Assembly (NCBI GenBank): GCA_043228905.1
Contig: JBHGNT010000020.1
Span: 13,888,001-13,952,000, forward strand
Source of the DNA: Azolla caroliniana
Lineage: Eukaryota; Plantae; Polypodiophyta
DNA: 64,000 nt
Direction: 5' to 3'
Program-made: the position numbers and the translations under genes
Shown: positions 42,766-55,999 of the stretch, piece after piece
Layout of the letters: the number at the start of each line of letters is the position of its first letter
How positions within the stretch are numbered: the stretch's first letter is position 1
Notes under the pieces: generated by a model
What the model was told of the DNA's origin: nothing
Seen by the model: the letters and a program-made list of their open reading frames with translations, nothing else
Databases searched by the model: none

Positions 42766-44975
42766 ACCTACTTGCATGATGATTTATATACCTCACCTTT
42801 AGTCGCTATGCCTTTAGTGTAGCAGATGCATTGCTGGGATTGGGGGATTGCAATGGACCGAAATATATGGTCTTTTCTCTCTTCACACTGTGCTTGGATT
42901 TGATTCCCTGCGTCACAGATGTAATCACACTCTTGGTTTGATGTAAGAGTCAAATTTTCTTCTCTTAATGATCAAAATTTAGCTCTTATTATATGTATAT
43001 TATGTTTAGAGTGTTTGGGGAAAACGAAATAAGTAATTGTTGAATGTTGATAAGTGGAGTTGTTTGTGGATGTGAATTCTAGTGTTTTGAATATTTAAAC
43101 AAATTCACATGAGTTTTTGCATTGCAGGAATGCTTGCTTCAGTCCATTCATTCTTGCATTAGTTAATGTTGTTTATGCCATTCCTTAAAATATGTTTTCA
43201 CTGTACTGTACTCATATACTTCAAAGATTTCTGAATGGGGTTGTAGCCAATGCATTTGATATTACATATGTATGAATTTTGAATTGTTGATGCGGCAAAT
43301 AGTGAATGAACTAGCAAGTATTGTTTTGTTGGTTTCTGAAATGCTTGATATCCTGTGTGCAAGATGTTAGCTGTTCATTTGCACTGTGAGTGAACAAATT
43401 ACATAATCAAAGTGGAGTATGAGACCTTTGTATCTTAAACTTGAGGTTTTGATGATGCAATGTACAATTTGTAGATATGGGTGTGAACACTATCTCCAAA
43501 TAAGCCACCCACAAACTTGTTACTCATTATCACTAAGGTGTACAATAAATTTACTTGACTATCCATAGATTATATAATATACACATGTTTCTAATGAGAT
43601 GTGAACAGCTGCTTGAGAATGTTTCTGGTTTCTTGCCAATTCTTGTGTTGCCCTTCCTTGTTTGTGTGTTGGTAGGGACACCCAACTTTGGTCTTCATCA
43701 TGTAATGCTGCAGAGAACCTTTGCTGATTGCCAGTTTGAGTATTGCACATTTAGTGCCTATTGTAGTTGGTCGAGTTGTGTGTAAACAAGTTGCCACTTG
43801 TTGTATACCGTTTCCTTTCATACATGTGCATTCATTGATATCCTTCCTTGGGGGTATCAAACCGTGCGTTAGACACTTTTTTCTACATTCACAAATGTTG
43901 ATTAGTATTGGGAACAATGTAGAGGTGGTCATCAACACGAGGCCATTCTCATGAATGTAGGATGTGTTATTGTATCCAAACACTCGTTATCGTGTAAAAG
44001 GTCTAAAGTTATTTTATGCTCTTTTTCCCCAAAGCTTTCTTGTAAGCTGGTTTGATAGACACACCATCATGTTATTGGTTCATTTTAGGTTTCACATTCA
44101 TTGGTTGTGAAGTTGTGCAAGTATGTATGTGCCATTGATATACAAAATGTAAAAGCAAATTTGAGAAATTATGTGCTTCTAAGGTATTAATATGACATTT
44201 GTATTGCATATGTGAGTTATTATTCCCTTGAGTTCATTTGCTAATCTTACGCAACTATTGGATTCGTTGGGCATCTCTTTGTGATAATTAGGCATGCACC
44301 TTGTTCTTGTAAGCTTAAGCACATTGAGATAATTCTCCTCTGGCATGAGCATTTGTTCACTTTGGCATAAACACATAGTAGATTACATGTAATAAATACA
44401 TAGACTTTGTGATCACAGTCCAAGATGAAAGGAATGTTCGTCGTTGTGTGGTTTAATGTTGTTTCTAATGTAAGGCTGACTCCAATTTTTTTTTTAATGG
44501 TTACGATGACGTCAACATCTCACACACCCATGATAAAAGAACAACATTATTTACTTGTATTCGATGGAATGTAGTGGAAATAATCATGATGAACATTGAG
44601 GAACACCATGTCTATGTCTAAATTGAATTCAGCCAAAGTGTAAAAGGGAAAGAAATCGTGACAACGGGCATCATGTCAAGCATTGTGTCTGGATCATGTC
44701 AAGCTCGGATCAATATTAGATCAAAAGCATCCATTCGTTTAGGGACCACGAAGGCGAGAACTGGGTGTTGTATCCCTTATTTCGGAATCAACAAGAGGGG
44801 GGAACAATAGGATTAGAAATGGCACCCATCACTTATGTGCCGTCTATCTTGTGTTGGTTGATCTACGGGCACTTATCCCATTCCTTCTATATATATATAT
44901 ACATATAATGTAATTGGGCTACAAATATGAACCCTAAACCCTAAACTCTCATCCCTTCTATATCAATACATTATA

Positions 44976-45100
44976 GGGAAAAGTACCAGGATACCCCTAG
45001 AAGTTTGCCTATTTACCAGAATGCCCCTGGAAGTTCCAAATTTACCAAACTACCCCTATGTAAAAAAAAATACACTTTATAAAGTAATTATACACTCAAA
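44976..45100 (+). mobile_element. Solo terminal inverted repeat of the same MULE-MITE family as 13651-13953
   Basis: GGGAAAAGTACCAGGATACCCCTAGAAGTT...AGAATGCCCCTGGAAGTTCCAA...TACACTTTATAAAGTAATTATACACTCAAA is nearly identical to the 13651 TIR. No second TIR nearby. Confidence 0.85.
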
Positions 45101-45247
45101 ACTCTCATCCCTAAACCCTAAACTCTCATCCCTAAACAAATATTTATAGTTGGGCAACAAATATAAACCCTAAAATCCACTCCATTTGGCCTAAAGTTTA
45201 AAAGGAATGGGAAGAGAAGAGGTGGGGCGACGTGGTGCGTGCTCTAA

Positions 45248-45303
45248 CCGTCAGATGGAGGTGGGTGCTCGCCCCACAGCCGTCGGATCAAATGGGCGGG
45301 AAA
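45248..45303 (+). promoter_or_regulatory. H3 copy 3 promoter: CCGTCAGAT, CCGTCGGAT, GGCGGGAAA (E2F); CCAAT/octamer module not seen
   Basis: Motifs at 45248, 45280 and 45295. Confidence 0.7.
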
Positions 45304-45581
45304 TAGCACAGACACAGAGAGAGAGAGAGATAGAGCGATTTCGAAATTTTTGTTTGAATTGGTTTTGAAACATTTTCCGCTTCTGCTTCAAATGCTGTAT
45401 TTATAGAGAGGCCTGCCTCCCTCCCCTCCCAAGATTCTCAGGTTTCAGCAACAGATACCACACATAGAGAGAGAGAGAGAGAGATTTCTGCTCGCCTCCA
45501 TCTCCATCTCCATCTGAGACGAAGAGAGTCCTAGCAATCTCTTTCCAATCCATCTCCAATTCTCTGTTCAATCCATTCTAA

Positions 45582-46001
<420 letters not shown>

Positions 46002-46944
46002 AATTTTCGTTGTTATCCCCTGCTGATGGTATACGTATGGTCTGTTTTGTTAAATTGCTTCAGTTGAAGCTTTGTTGTGTTATGTGGCATTACCCACATT
46101 AATTGTAGATCTCTCAATGGGTTAATGCAGTATTCCATTTGATGTTGCTTCTTATCAACGCTTTAGTTGTTGGTTGTCTACTAATTATTGGCTTGTGGCA
46201 TCTATCATAATCTATTTTCTATCATTTGTATAATGGAATTCGAATTTTTTTGGTAAAAAGTAGATAGTTTAATTCTATGTTAAATGGATGGTGTAGGGTT
46301 CTTGAGGGCTGGTTTCTTTGTTTGATATTCTGGGTTGTCATGTATAAACTAGTGCATTGCTTGAGACAGAATGTGTAGTTTGATCTAAAGTTATTAGTAA
46401 CCAATTCTACGATATTAGTTTTATCAAATGTATTATTGTATTTTCTAGAAGCTTTTAGTTTTATGGCATTGTTCGTTTGATTGTGAAAATTTCCAGCTGT
46501 ATTGTGGCAAGCATATACGAGTGTTTTTATCAATCTGTTGCATAATGAAGGCGAGAAAGTCATACAATGTAAACATGTGGTAACTGTTTTATTGTTTATA
46601 TTTGCACTGATCTTCCATGTTGTGGCAAGACCACATGAAGCAGTACAGAATTCCAAGAAATAATGCAATGTCTATAAATGTTTACAGCTACAAGCTGTAG
46701 CATGGGTGCTTGTTTATTAGTTGTAGCACCTGATGTGGTGAAGAATTATCTGCAATTTATAGCGGGAACTCTGCAACAAGATGAGTTGCCTGTTTAGTTC
46801 ATCTCCTACAAATACCTATGGAATGGTATGTCCTATATGATTGTGATGACAATTTTCTTTTAGACAAATGAAACCAGACCTGGGGTGGCCAGATGATAGT
46901 TAACCGGAGTGAAGGCTAATTCAGAGCCAGAGGTGGGTCTCAAA

Positions 46945-47739
46945 TCACTTTGCAGAAGTATAAAGTTCGGGTGGTATTGCTTGAGCTCTGCAGAGGGGAC
47001 ATGTTGGGTGAGATTGTAGCCACATCTTGACACATTCAGCATGAAACATGTGTCTACATGATGGGATTCTTTTGCAAAGTTGCCCTGCTGTCAGTAAAGA
47101 GATGCAAATAGCACAATCGCCAAATCTGTCTGTAGGTATGGTCTCTGCATGTTGGCTTGGGTGTCCAACATTGATTGCATCCACTGATGAACACATGATC
47201 TTTATTGCATTTGTTTGGAGAGGTAATTCTGGAGTTGATGCTGGATTGGTGATTATATCAGCTGGGACCTGAGCTTCACTAGTGTTGTCATCTTCACTAT
47301 TGGTGATGATATTAGTATGATAGCCTGCTGTTTGTTGGTTCCATAACTCTTCATGATTGGAGGGAATGACTCCATGTGCTGCTTCCTCATTGCATGTTGG
47401 TGGTGCTGATTCATTGTTGCAATTGAGAGAAGAAGCAGCAGAAGAAGAGATTTCTCGGTCAACATGTGGCTTGGAGATGTCCGCCATTAGGGTGAAGGAA
47501 GGCACAAACATGTCGATTTCATTGGGCCTCAGCAGAACAGTATTTGATTGCCTTGGAGCAGAATTAGTAGTATCATGAACTACAATTTCACTCAGATGGT
47601 GGCCAGCCCTGCCTGATGATGGCTGTGGTGAGGCCACCCATCTTCGCCAACAGTAGAATATGGAATGTAAGGCGGCCATGAATATGAGCAACAAGGAAAT
47701 TTGAAGTATGGATATGACCACGGTGTAAGCATGGCTCAT
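46945..47739 (-). CDS. ATL-type RING-H2 E3 ligase with N-terminal transmembrane helix, intronless, 264 aa
   Basis: Hydrophobic N-terminus and CAICI...CKRIPSCRHMFHAECVKMWLQSHPTCPLCR. Confidence 0.88.
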   Translation of the reverse strand: MSHAYTVVISILQISLLLIFMAALHSIFYCWRRWVASPQPSSGRAGHHLSEIVVHDTTNSAPRQSNTVLLRPNEIDMFVPSFTLMADISKPHVDREISSSAASSLNCNNESAPPTCNEEAAHGVIPSNHEELWNQQTAGYHTNIITNSEDDNTSEAQVPADIITNPASTPELPLQTNAIKIMCSSVDAINVGHPSQHAETIPTDRFGDCAICISLLTAGQLCKRIPSCRHMFHAECVKMWLQSHPTCPLCRAQAIPPELYTSAK

Positions 47740-49314
47740 TCTCCCTCTCTTCCTTTCCCTGCTTCTGCCTCTGCGTCTGCTTTCTGTCTCTTCCTGTCCT
47801 TCCTCATTTCTGCCGTCTTATATGAGGAAGAGGAGGAGGCTCTTCTGTGTCTGCGTTTCTAGGGTTTGCGTTCTTAGGGTTTGCGTTTTGCTACTGATCG
47901 ATCCAAAGACGACAGGCAGACACACACACACACACTCACTTTCATTCCATCATGGAAACCTTCGCTTTTGGTTTTGGTTTGCGTTTTCTTGCCTGTTTTT
48001 CTCGCTCTCACACAAACCTTCATCATGCATGCATTTTGATACCTTATTAAACCACACATAAAACACCATACAAACAGACATAGTAGCCTAAACCCTAACC
48101 CTAATCCCTGACCACGACTAATGGCTACTGTCTTCTCTTCAATGTGTGTGTTTTGTTTCTAGGGGTTGTTATTGTCTTCTCTTCCCGACCACCATTGGGA
48201 CATCCAAATAATTGATTGACACTTGTTAGTTCGTTTGCAACAAAGCATTTTAGTTGCAAGGTTAGCTATTGCATTGTGTTGTTGATTGATCTAGTTTTTT
48301 TTGTGTGTAGGTGGCTCGCTCAATCAATTTGTGATAAGTTCTCAACGAATTCAAACGTCCCCTTTTAAGAATCGGACATGCACATCTAAGTTTAGGTGAC
48401 AAACATCCCCATTGTCCCCTTTTCTTGCTCCAGATAATAATATGACACATTGATACTTGCCCATTCGAGGCCATACAAATTCTTTTCTAGAAACCTTTTC
48501 AGCTCCCTTCTCGAATTGTATATTGTGAAATTCAATAAACTCCATGAACTTTGCAACCTTTACTCTAGTAGTAGATTCCATTAGGTTTTGGCTCATTTGT
48601 TATATTAGAGCTATGTGTTTTTTATTATCTTTTTGCCATTGTCTCTATCCTATCAAGAAGAAGATGATTCAGAAATAGTACTTTTAAAGTGAGGAAAAAG
48701 CAATTCTCAAAGTGATACCAATTGCGACCGAACTATCAAACTTAACAAGGATTTCAAAGTTAACTCATCTCTAAACATGGCTAACCCTATACCGAATGTT
48801 TGGTTAGACAATAACGATAAACACCCTCCTTTTCTTGTTCTACATCAGTGATAAACACCCCCCTTTTCTCGTTCTACATCGCATATTGGACCATAGTCTC
48901 ATTCCACACTTCGCAATGATTCTATCAAATTCTCCTTGCATTTGTTATATTTTTCACTTGTATGAAATAACCTCGACTCAAAGTATGCTTTTCTCATAAT
49001 GATTGCATAGATGGAATTTGCATTTTGTCGTCTCCATTTAAAACACACTCCGGTAATGATGTTTGCAAGGAATCAACCTACAAGTTGGACCACGTCCAGG
49101 TCTAAAAAATATCGAAGTTCACTCCAATCTGAGCGGTTTGATGAAGTGTTACACTCCGGTAATGATGTTTTGCAAGGAATCAACCTACAAGTTCAACTTC
49201 ATCGCTCAAGACCCCCTCACGCACGAAGTGATAATGCACATCTATGTGCTTTGTCCGAGCATGGAATACAGGGTTCTTGGCGAGCTAAATGTTGCTCATG
49301 TTGTTACAGTAGAT

Positions 49315-52300
49315 TAGGATAAGGGTCGGTACCTCGATCCGGAGGTCACACAACAGTCGCCAAAGCCAAATGGCTTCATAGGTGGCATTGGTAGCGCCCT
49401 AGTACTTAGCCTCAGTGCTCGACAGAGCCATTGTTGGCTGCTTTTTGTTGCTCCACGCAACAATCGCGCTACCTAGAGAAAACATGTAATCGGAGGTGGA
49501 TCGGCATCCGATGCATCACCAACCCAGTCGGCATCGGTGTATCCGACTAGCTCTTCAGTTATACCATATCGGTATAACAGTTCCTTGTCCTTCGTGCCGC
49601 TAACATACCAGAGTATCTAGTGTGCGCACTGAAGGTGCTTGACGGTCGGCTTCTGCATGAATTGGCCGATCACTCTGACCGAGGAATTGATGTCGGGTCG
49701 AGTGATTGTCAAGTATATGAGGCTTCCGACAATTTGTCAAACCGTTTCTCATCGCAGGACGGGCATTCCGTCATGCCGAACTTGTGCAACATATTTAGCA
49801 CATAGTGTCTTTGTGAGAGCAATATGCCATCGGGGGTCCGGATCACCTTGATCCCAAGAAAATAATGAAGGTCCCCCATGTCCTTCATTTCAAATGTGTT
49901 CGACAGCTAGGACTTCACACTGCCGATTTCATCCTGTCCGGGTCCGACGATGACTAAATCATCAACATATAGCAAGATGCACACCGGACCGTCCGGACCA
50001 TTCCGGATGAACAGTGAAGAGTCAGACTTTGAGGCCGCAAACCCCCATCTTACGCAACCGGTGCGTGATCTTCGCATTCCAAGCTCGAGGGGCTTGCTTC
50101 ACTCCGTAAAGCGACTTCTTGAGTCGGCATACTGCCGACTTGTTCATCTCCGATTGGAATCCCAGGGGTTGGATCATATAGACCCGTTTTTCAAGGTCAC
50201 CTTGAAGAAACACATTCTTCACGTCCATTTGGTGAAGATGCCATCCCCTTGTTGTAGCAACAACCAGTACCACACGAACCGTCGTCATCTTCGCTACCGG
50301 AGCGAAGGTCTCGTCGTAGTCGATTCCATGGGTCTATGCGTATCCCTTTGCCACTAACTGAGCCTTGTACCGGTTGATTGAACCGTTGGCATTGTACTTT
50401 ACCTTGTACACCCATGTGCAACCGATCGGTTTACCTTGTACACCCATGTGTTGCTGGCATCGAGTGCCCACATTTCTTCTTCCATAGCGGCATGCCAAGT
50501 TGTGTCCTTTGTCGCTTCTGCGCAGCTCTCTAGCTCACACACTTCCGCCACTTTGGTCATATACGCATAGTGATGCGCCATGTACTCATTGTACATGTAC
50601 CATGTAACAGGGTTCCTCTAGCAGGAAGACCGACGTAACTTGTCGTTACCTCGTTTGAGGCCCTTCTTGGCCGGTTCAAACTTCATTTAAGAAGATTCGC
50701 CTTCTTCCTTTCCGGAGTCGGATTCGCTCCGATTTGACTCATCGGTGTTGGTTTTGTATTCCGACATCTTCTTCTTCCCCTTCTCCTAGTGCGTCAATTG
50801 TCTCCTCGGTTCCTTGCGTGGAGAGAGCACGACAGAGTCTCCACTACTCGCCGGCTCCTCATCGGACTGGTCATTCCGACCTAATCGCTCATTCGGCTCA
50901 CTTAGATGGAATAAGGTCAGAATGTCATTCGGAGTACCGAATCCTTCATCTTCTACTTGAACCTCTCCGGGTTCATTAGCCTCATCCTCCGGAATCGGGT
51001 CTTCGTTGGGAGTTGGAGTCGGTAAGGAGTACCATGATGCCGTGTCATCAAACTCGACATCTCGACTTACTCGGACCTGCTTAGTCTGGGGGTTATATAG
51101 CACTTATACCCCATTTGCTCATGCGAGGAGCCGACTAGGATGCACTTCTCTGACTTTGGATCCAGCTTCCTCCGCTTCTCATATTGTACGTGCACATATG
51201 TTATGCTACCGAATATCCGAAGGTGTCTCAAATTTGGCTTTCGCCTGAAATACAGCTCATGTGCTGACACCTTGTCTCTGTTCTAGTTTTGGATGTAGAC
51301 GGCCATGCTGACCGCCTCAACCCAGTAGAATTGGGGCATGCGCTTCTCCTCCAACATTGCCCTTGCCGTGTCGACAATCGACCGGTTATTTCTTTCGGCC
51401 ACACTGTTTTGCTCCGGTGTGTATCTGTAGCTGAATTCTCTCCGAATTCTGTTCTGTTGTAGATAACTGTTGAATTCGTTGGAAAAGTATTATTTTTTGC
51501 CATTCGACCACAAGCACTTTATCTTCCTCTGTATTTCCCTTTCGACTAAGCTTTGCAGGTTCCGGAAACAATCGAAGACTTCACTTTTCTTCTCTATGAG
51601 GTAGATCCATGTGTGCCGATTGTAGTCGTCGATGAAGGAGATGAAATATCGACTCCCACCAAGACTAACGTTCTGTGCCGGTCCCCATACATTTGAATGG
51701 ATTAAGTCGAGCTTGTTATGGCTCCAGTTTTGTTCGGTGGGGAATGGAAGCCGGTGTTGCTTCCCGAGTTTGCAAGCTTCACATATTTGGGCCTTCCGGC
51801 CACTAAACTTCGACAATCTTAACACAACCATTTTCGATTGCAGGTCCTGAAGCCTCCGGTAATTGACGTGGCCGATCCGCTTGTGCCAGAGATCAATGGC
51901 AAACATGGTGGTGCCGGCATCATTAGTGTTGAGGATGAACATCCTCCCTTCTCTACGCCCTTGCACAATTATCCGGCCTTCTTTCTCAATGAAGCAGCCG
52001 AGGTGCATAAACCGCACCTGCATTCCCTAGTCGATGATTTGTCTGACCGATACTAGGTTCTTGGTGATAGTTAGAATGTGTAATACGTTCATCAACTTTC
52101 CCTTTTGTCCGACATGTTTGAAAGGGACTTCTCCGACATGCACGATCGGGTGAGGGGTGTCGTCTCTGGTTTCGACAATCCCCGGTTCTTCCAGTTTCTT
52201 TAAAAATGAGAACCACTCTTTATGGCTTGTCGTATGGTTAGATGCTCCGGAATCAACATACCACACTTCCTCTGATCCGGAAGTGGTCTTCTTCATTGAG

Positions 52301-53814
52301 TTCGCCTTGTGCTTCATCACGAAGGCTGGCCCTTTTCCGTTCTTCCCGGTTCTGGATCCTTCCTATCCTTCTGCGTAGTGCGAGTTGTGCCGCTTCCCTT
52401 GTCCGGTATTGCTTCCTATCCTTCTGCGTAGTGTGAGCTGTGCCGGATCCGGATTTATTCGAATCAGCGCGCTTCTTCCAACACTTGCTTTCTTAGTGGC
52501 CTTTCTTGCCATAGTACCAACATTCTGTGTCGGCCTTCGATTGCCAGTTTTCAGCTCCGACTTGACTCCCCTTGCTTGTGGTGGGTCTGGAATTACTGTC
52601 AGCACTGTCTTTATGCCTTCAGTTCTGCTTATGTTGGCCGCCTCCATTGCGTGCTGACCCACCTCGTCCTCCACACCCATGAGGCCGATCCGCCTATGTG
52701 TACAACATCCAGTTGTCCGATTGAGTGGTCCTAGACCCACTCGCGTGGTTTTCTTCGACCATCAACATCGATTGCAAGTTGAAGAAAGATGGTGGTTTCT
52801 CCCGCGTGCAGATAGCCGTCCGGATTGGCCCGTACCGTTGTGCTAGACCACCGAGACAGATTTGAACCATCTCGTCTTCGTCCACAGTCACGTTGATGGA
52901 CTCGAGCGCGTCACAAATCTCCTTTATCTTGGTGGTGTAGTCGGTCATGGACATATCCCTCTATCGGATATTGTTGAGCTCTTGTCGGAGTTGCAACTTC
53001 CCTGCCATGGTACTAATGGCGAAAATCTTCCGAAGATTTTCCTAGGCCTCCCTTGGCGTTTTTGCATCTTTAATGTAGTTGAGCATCTGATCGTGCACAC
53101 CGGACGGGAGGCAGGACAATACTTGGTTTGCTCCTTGCTCCCATGCCGAGAAGTCTTTGTGTGCCGGCTCCGATATTACCTCGTTGGTTCCTTCCACATA
53201 GCTCCAATATCCATGCCCCAGTAGGTACTGGTGCATTTTATATTACCAGGATGCATAGTTGCTCCGATCGAGCTTTTCTGTGGGAAGCAAACTTGCCATA
53301 CCTCTGTCCATTTCGGTTCTCTATCTGTTTTGCCAAGTATTAGGGTTTGTCTTCGAAGTGTCTGTCAGTTGCCGAGGTTCTCAACCCTCACGCTCTCATA
53401 CCATGTGAAAGTAAATGTGCAGAAACGTTCGACAAACCGGCTCAGCCGGATAGCAACAATAGAGAGTAAGGTTCAATGGAAGTTTAGCACATAGAATATG
53501 CGCGGGAGAGACAGAGAGAGACAAAGACAGAACATAAACTCTATTCAGAAAATACTCTAAAACTATGTACATAGAATGTGCTCAGAGAGCACTTTTATAC
53601 AAGTGCATAAAGTATTGACAGGTACTTCAATGCTCAGAGCGACTGTCACTGACTCCCTAAAAATATGCCTACGTACTAGGTTGGATCTGTAGGCCTGTAA
53701 CGGCCTACCGGTTTCAATCCGATCCGGCTTCTGGTTCCGGATATCATCCGGACACCGATCCAGTTCTCCGTTTCGGATACCGATCCGGATCCGGTTGAGC
53801 TTGCTCGCTCAACA
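49315..53814 (-). mobile_element. Degenerate Ty1/copia LTR retrotransposon (5' LTR, gag, protease, integrase, RT, partial RNase H), 3'-truncated
   Basis: gag from ~53311, protease WYVDSGASNH, LWHKRIGH and integrase core, RT HQMDVKNVFLQG...LKKSLYG.KQAPRAW, LLYVDDL, GYTDADW, KKQPTMALSSTEA. Many stops and frameshifts. Integrase before RT is the copia order. Confidence 0.95.
53392..53814 (-). repeat. 5' LTR (53814-53404, TG...CA) and tRNA-iMet-type primer binding site TGGTATGAGAGC (53403-53392)
   Basis: The minus strand reads TGTTGAGC...CTTTCACA|TGGTATGAGAGC, one mismatch from the usual TGGTATCAGAGC. Confidence 0.8.
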
Positions 53815-54080
53815 ATTTTGTTTTGCTTTCAATACATACAAATGGACTTGGTGCTAAAAGGCGATAAATTTACTCATTAAAAAGTTGTAAGATATCTATT
53901 TTATGAATCATATAATGAATTCATGTGATTTTCTTATCGGAATATGTTATGTATGCATAACATGGGTGAGGGTAGGTGACTAATATTTACAAAACATAAG
54001 TGAAGGATATGGTCACTAATCTTTATGTTAGAAAAGGACTAATGTGTTTGGATAGAGGTAACAATAGGTGCATGCACTAT

Positions 54081-54513
54081 CATTACCTTGACAAGCAATA
54101 AAGGGAGTCTTTTATAAAAGGCACACCTATTCAAAGGGTTTGGGTAGATGTATAAATATGAGGCCTAGTTGTCATGATAGATACATTAAGTGAGAGGGTT
54201 TTAGTCATGAGACTAGCACAACGAGCTAGGATTTCATTGCAATAGTCATGTTAGATGTATAAATATGAGGCCTAGTTGTCATGATAGATACATTAAGTGA
54301 GAGGGTTTTATTCATGAGACTAGCACAACGAGCTAGGATTTCATTACCTTGACAAACAATAAAGGGAGTCTTTTATAAAAGGCACACCTATTCAAAGGGT
54401 TTGGTAGATGTATAAATATGAGGCCTAGTTGTCATGATAGATACATTAAGTGAGAGGGTTTTAGTCATGAGACTAGCACAACGAGCTAGGATTTCATTGC
54501 AATAGTCATGTTA
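54081..54513. repeat. Complex tandem duplication (A-B-B-A-B) of an LTR-promoter-like segment
   Basis: AGATGTATAAATATGAGGCCTAGTTGTCATGATAG...GCTAGGATTTCATT occurs three times; CATTACCTTGACAA...CAAAGGGTTTGG occurs twice. Confidence 0.85.
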
Positions 54514-55135
54514 CCCCTTTGAAGGTAGTCTCCATCCTAATAACCATTGGTATGATATGTTAGTGGTAGATTGGCTATGTCTTGATCATAACTTGTGTTC
54601 CTCTACTCAAATCTATTTATTGATTGTACTTTAACTTGGTCTATTATTTAGTAAGAAAGGTGGTGTTAATAGAAGACTTCACTCATTTTGGGTGGAGGTT
54701 GGAATTTAAATTACTAGAATATGGATGACGTGTCAATAATTATCAACAATTTTGGGCCCATATTGCTTGGTACCTAAGTCTTCACAAGTCAAATGACATG
54801 ATGTTAGCACAAACCTCTCATGTATGTCCCTCACACTCATACCCATTGGCACTATCGACCCCTAGTGAGATTACCATCTTTAAGTACATACACTCATAAA
54901 ACACAACCTATCTCTTGCTAATTACTTTTACTAGAGAGGACAAATTGTACAAATTTCACAATCAAACATGTTCTTCTGCAAGAAATCAATGTTGGTTATG
55001 CTTAGTATTCATTGAGTTGAATATTTTCATTTCAAGTCACCATCCCCATTGTCAACTACACTAGCATCATATCTACAAGAGGTTCAATATCAAATGGATC
55101 ATCTCTAAAAAGTTCATCTCTTTGGTAGTTATGCC

Positions 55136-55401
55136 CATAGTACGTAAAATTCATGTTCGTCTAGCATAACATTTGTTTTCCTACGTTGGAAATCGAATGC
55201 GGATGTTATTCAAACATTCTTGTGTTTTTTTATTTTAATGTTTTGTTTTTTGTTTTATTCCATTTTTTAGGCTTATTTACCTCATAATAAATAGTTAATC
55301 CAAAAGTATGGTATTTATCATTCTTTGAGGGTGTTTTTCTTATGCGAATTATTGAAACATTTGAGAATGCGAATGCATGCATGGTACGTATGGTTCATAC
55401 T
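55136..55401 (-). repeat. Dispersed repeat copy B (inverted homolog of 21494-21735)
   Basis: See copy A. Confidence 0.85.
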
Positions 55402-55999
55402 ATGGGACTTATACCCATGGCCATAACTCTTAATTATGATAAAGAACATGGGTCTATTTACCTTTTTGCACACTTCATCATTGGAGGACATTACATATTG
55501 GCACATAATTTGCATCTTTGAAAGTCAGGTTATCAGGTTCTTGGCAAGACATTATGGGAAAGCAGTGCATGCACCACATGCATCATGTAGGTGCATCATG
55601 TAGGATAGACGAGCATTAGATGCAGGTAGCATCTAAAAGTTAAAAAATGTTTTACAACCTCCAGAGATGTCACACAACACGGTTATATCTCTGTTATTAA
55701 ACACCATACATAAAATTTGCTATCTAAAACTGTTTTCCAATCTAATTTGCCAATAACTATTCAGGACATATTGATTGACAACCCATTCAAACTAGGATTT
55801 TGACACATTCAGGATAATGAGACTTAAACTTAATGTGGCTGAAAAATAATGAGCAAATATATATTTATATCTATATATATATATAACATTCAAACCGTTC
55901 TTTTAGTCAATATTCCAAGGGAATTTCAGGCTCTGTGAAACACATTCGCTTTTGATACCAGAAACTTGAAATCTGAATTGTTTTGCAGGATGGCATATC

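Noticed and set aside
46057-46100. Hairpins GCTTC-AGTT-GAAGC and ATGTGG-CATTAC-CCACAT after H3 copy 3 as substitute stem-loops
   Set aside because: They lack the GG base, UYUN loop, ACC tail and correctly spaced TGAYGAT element.
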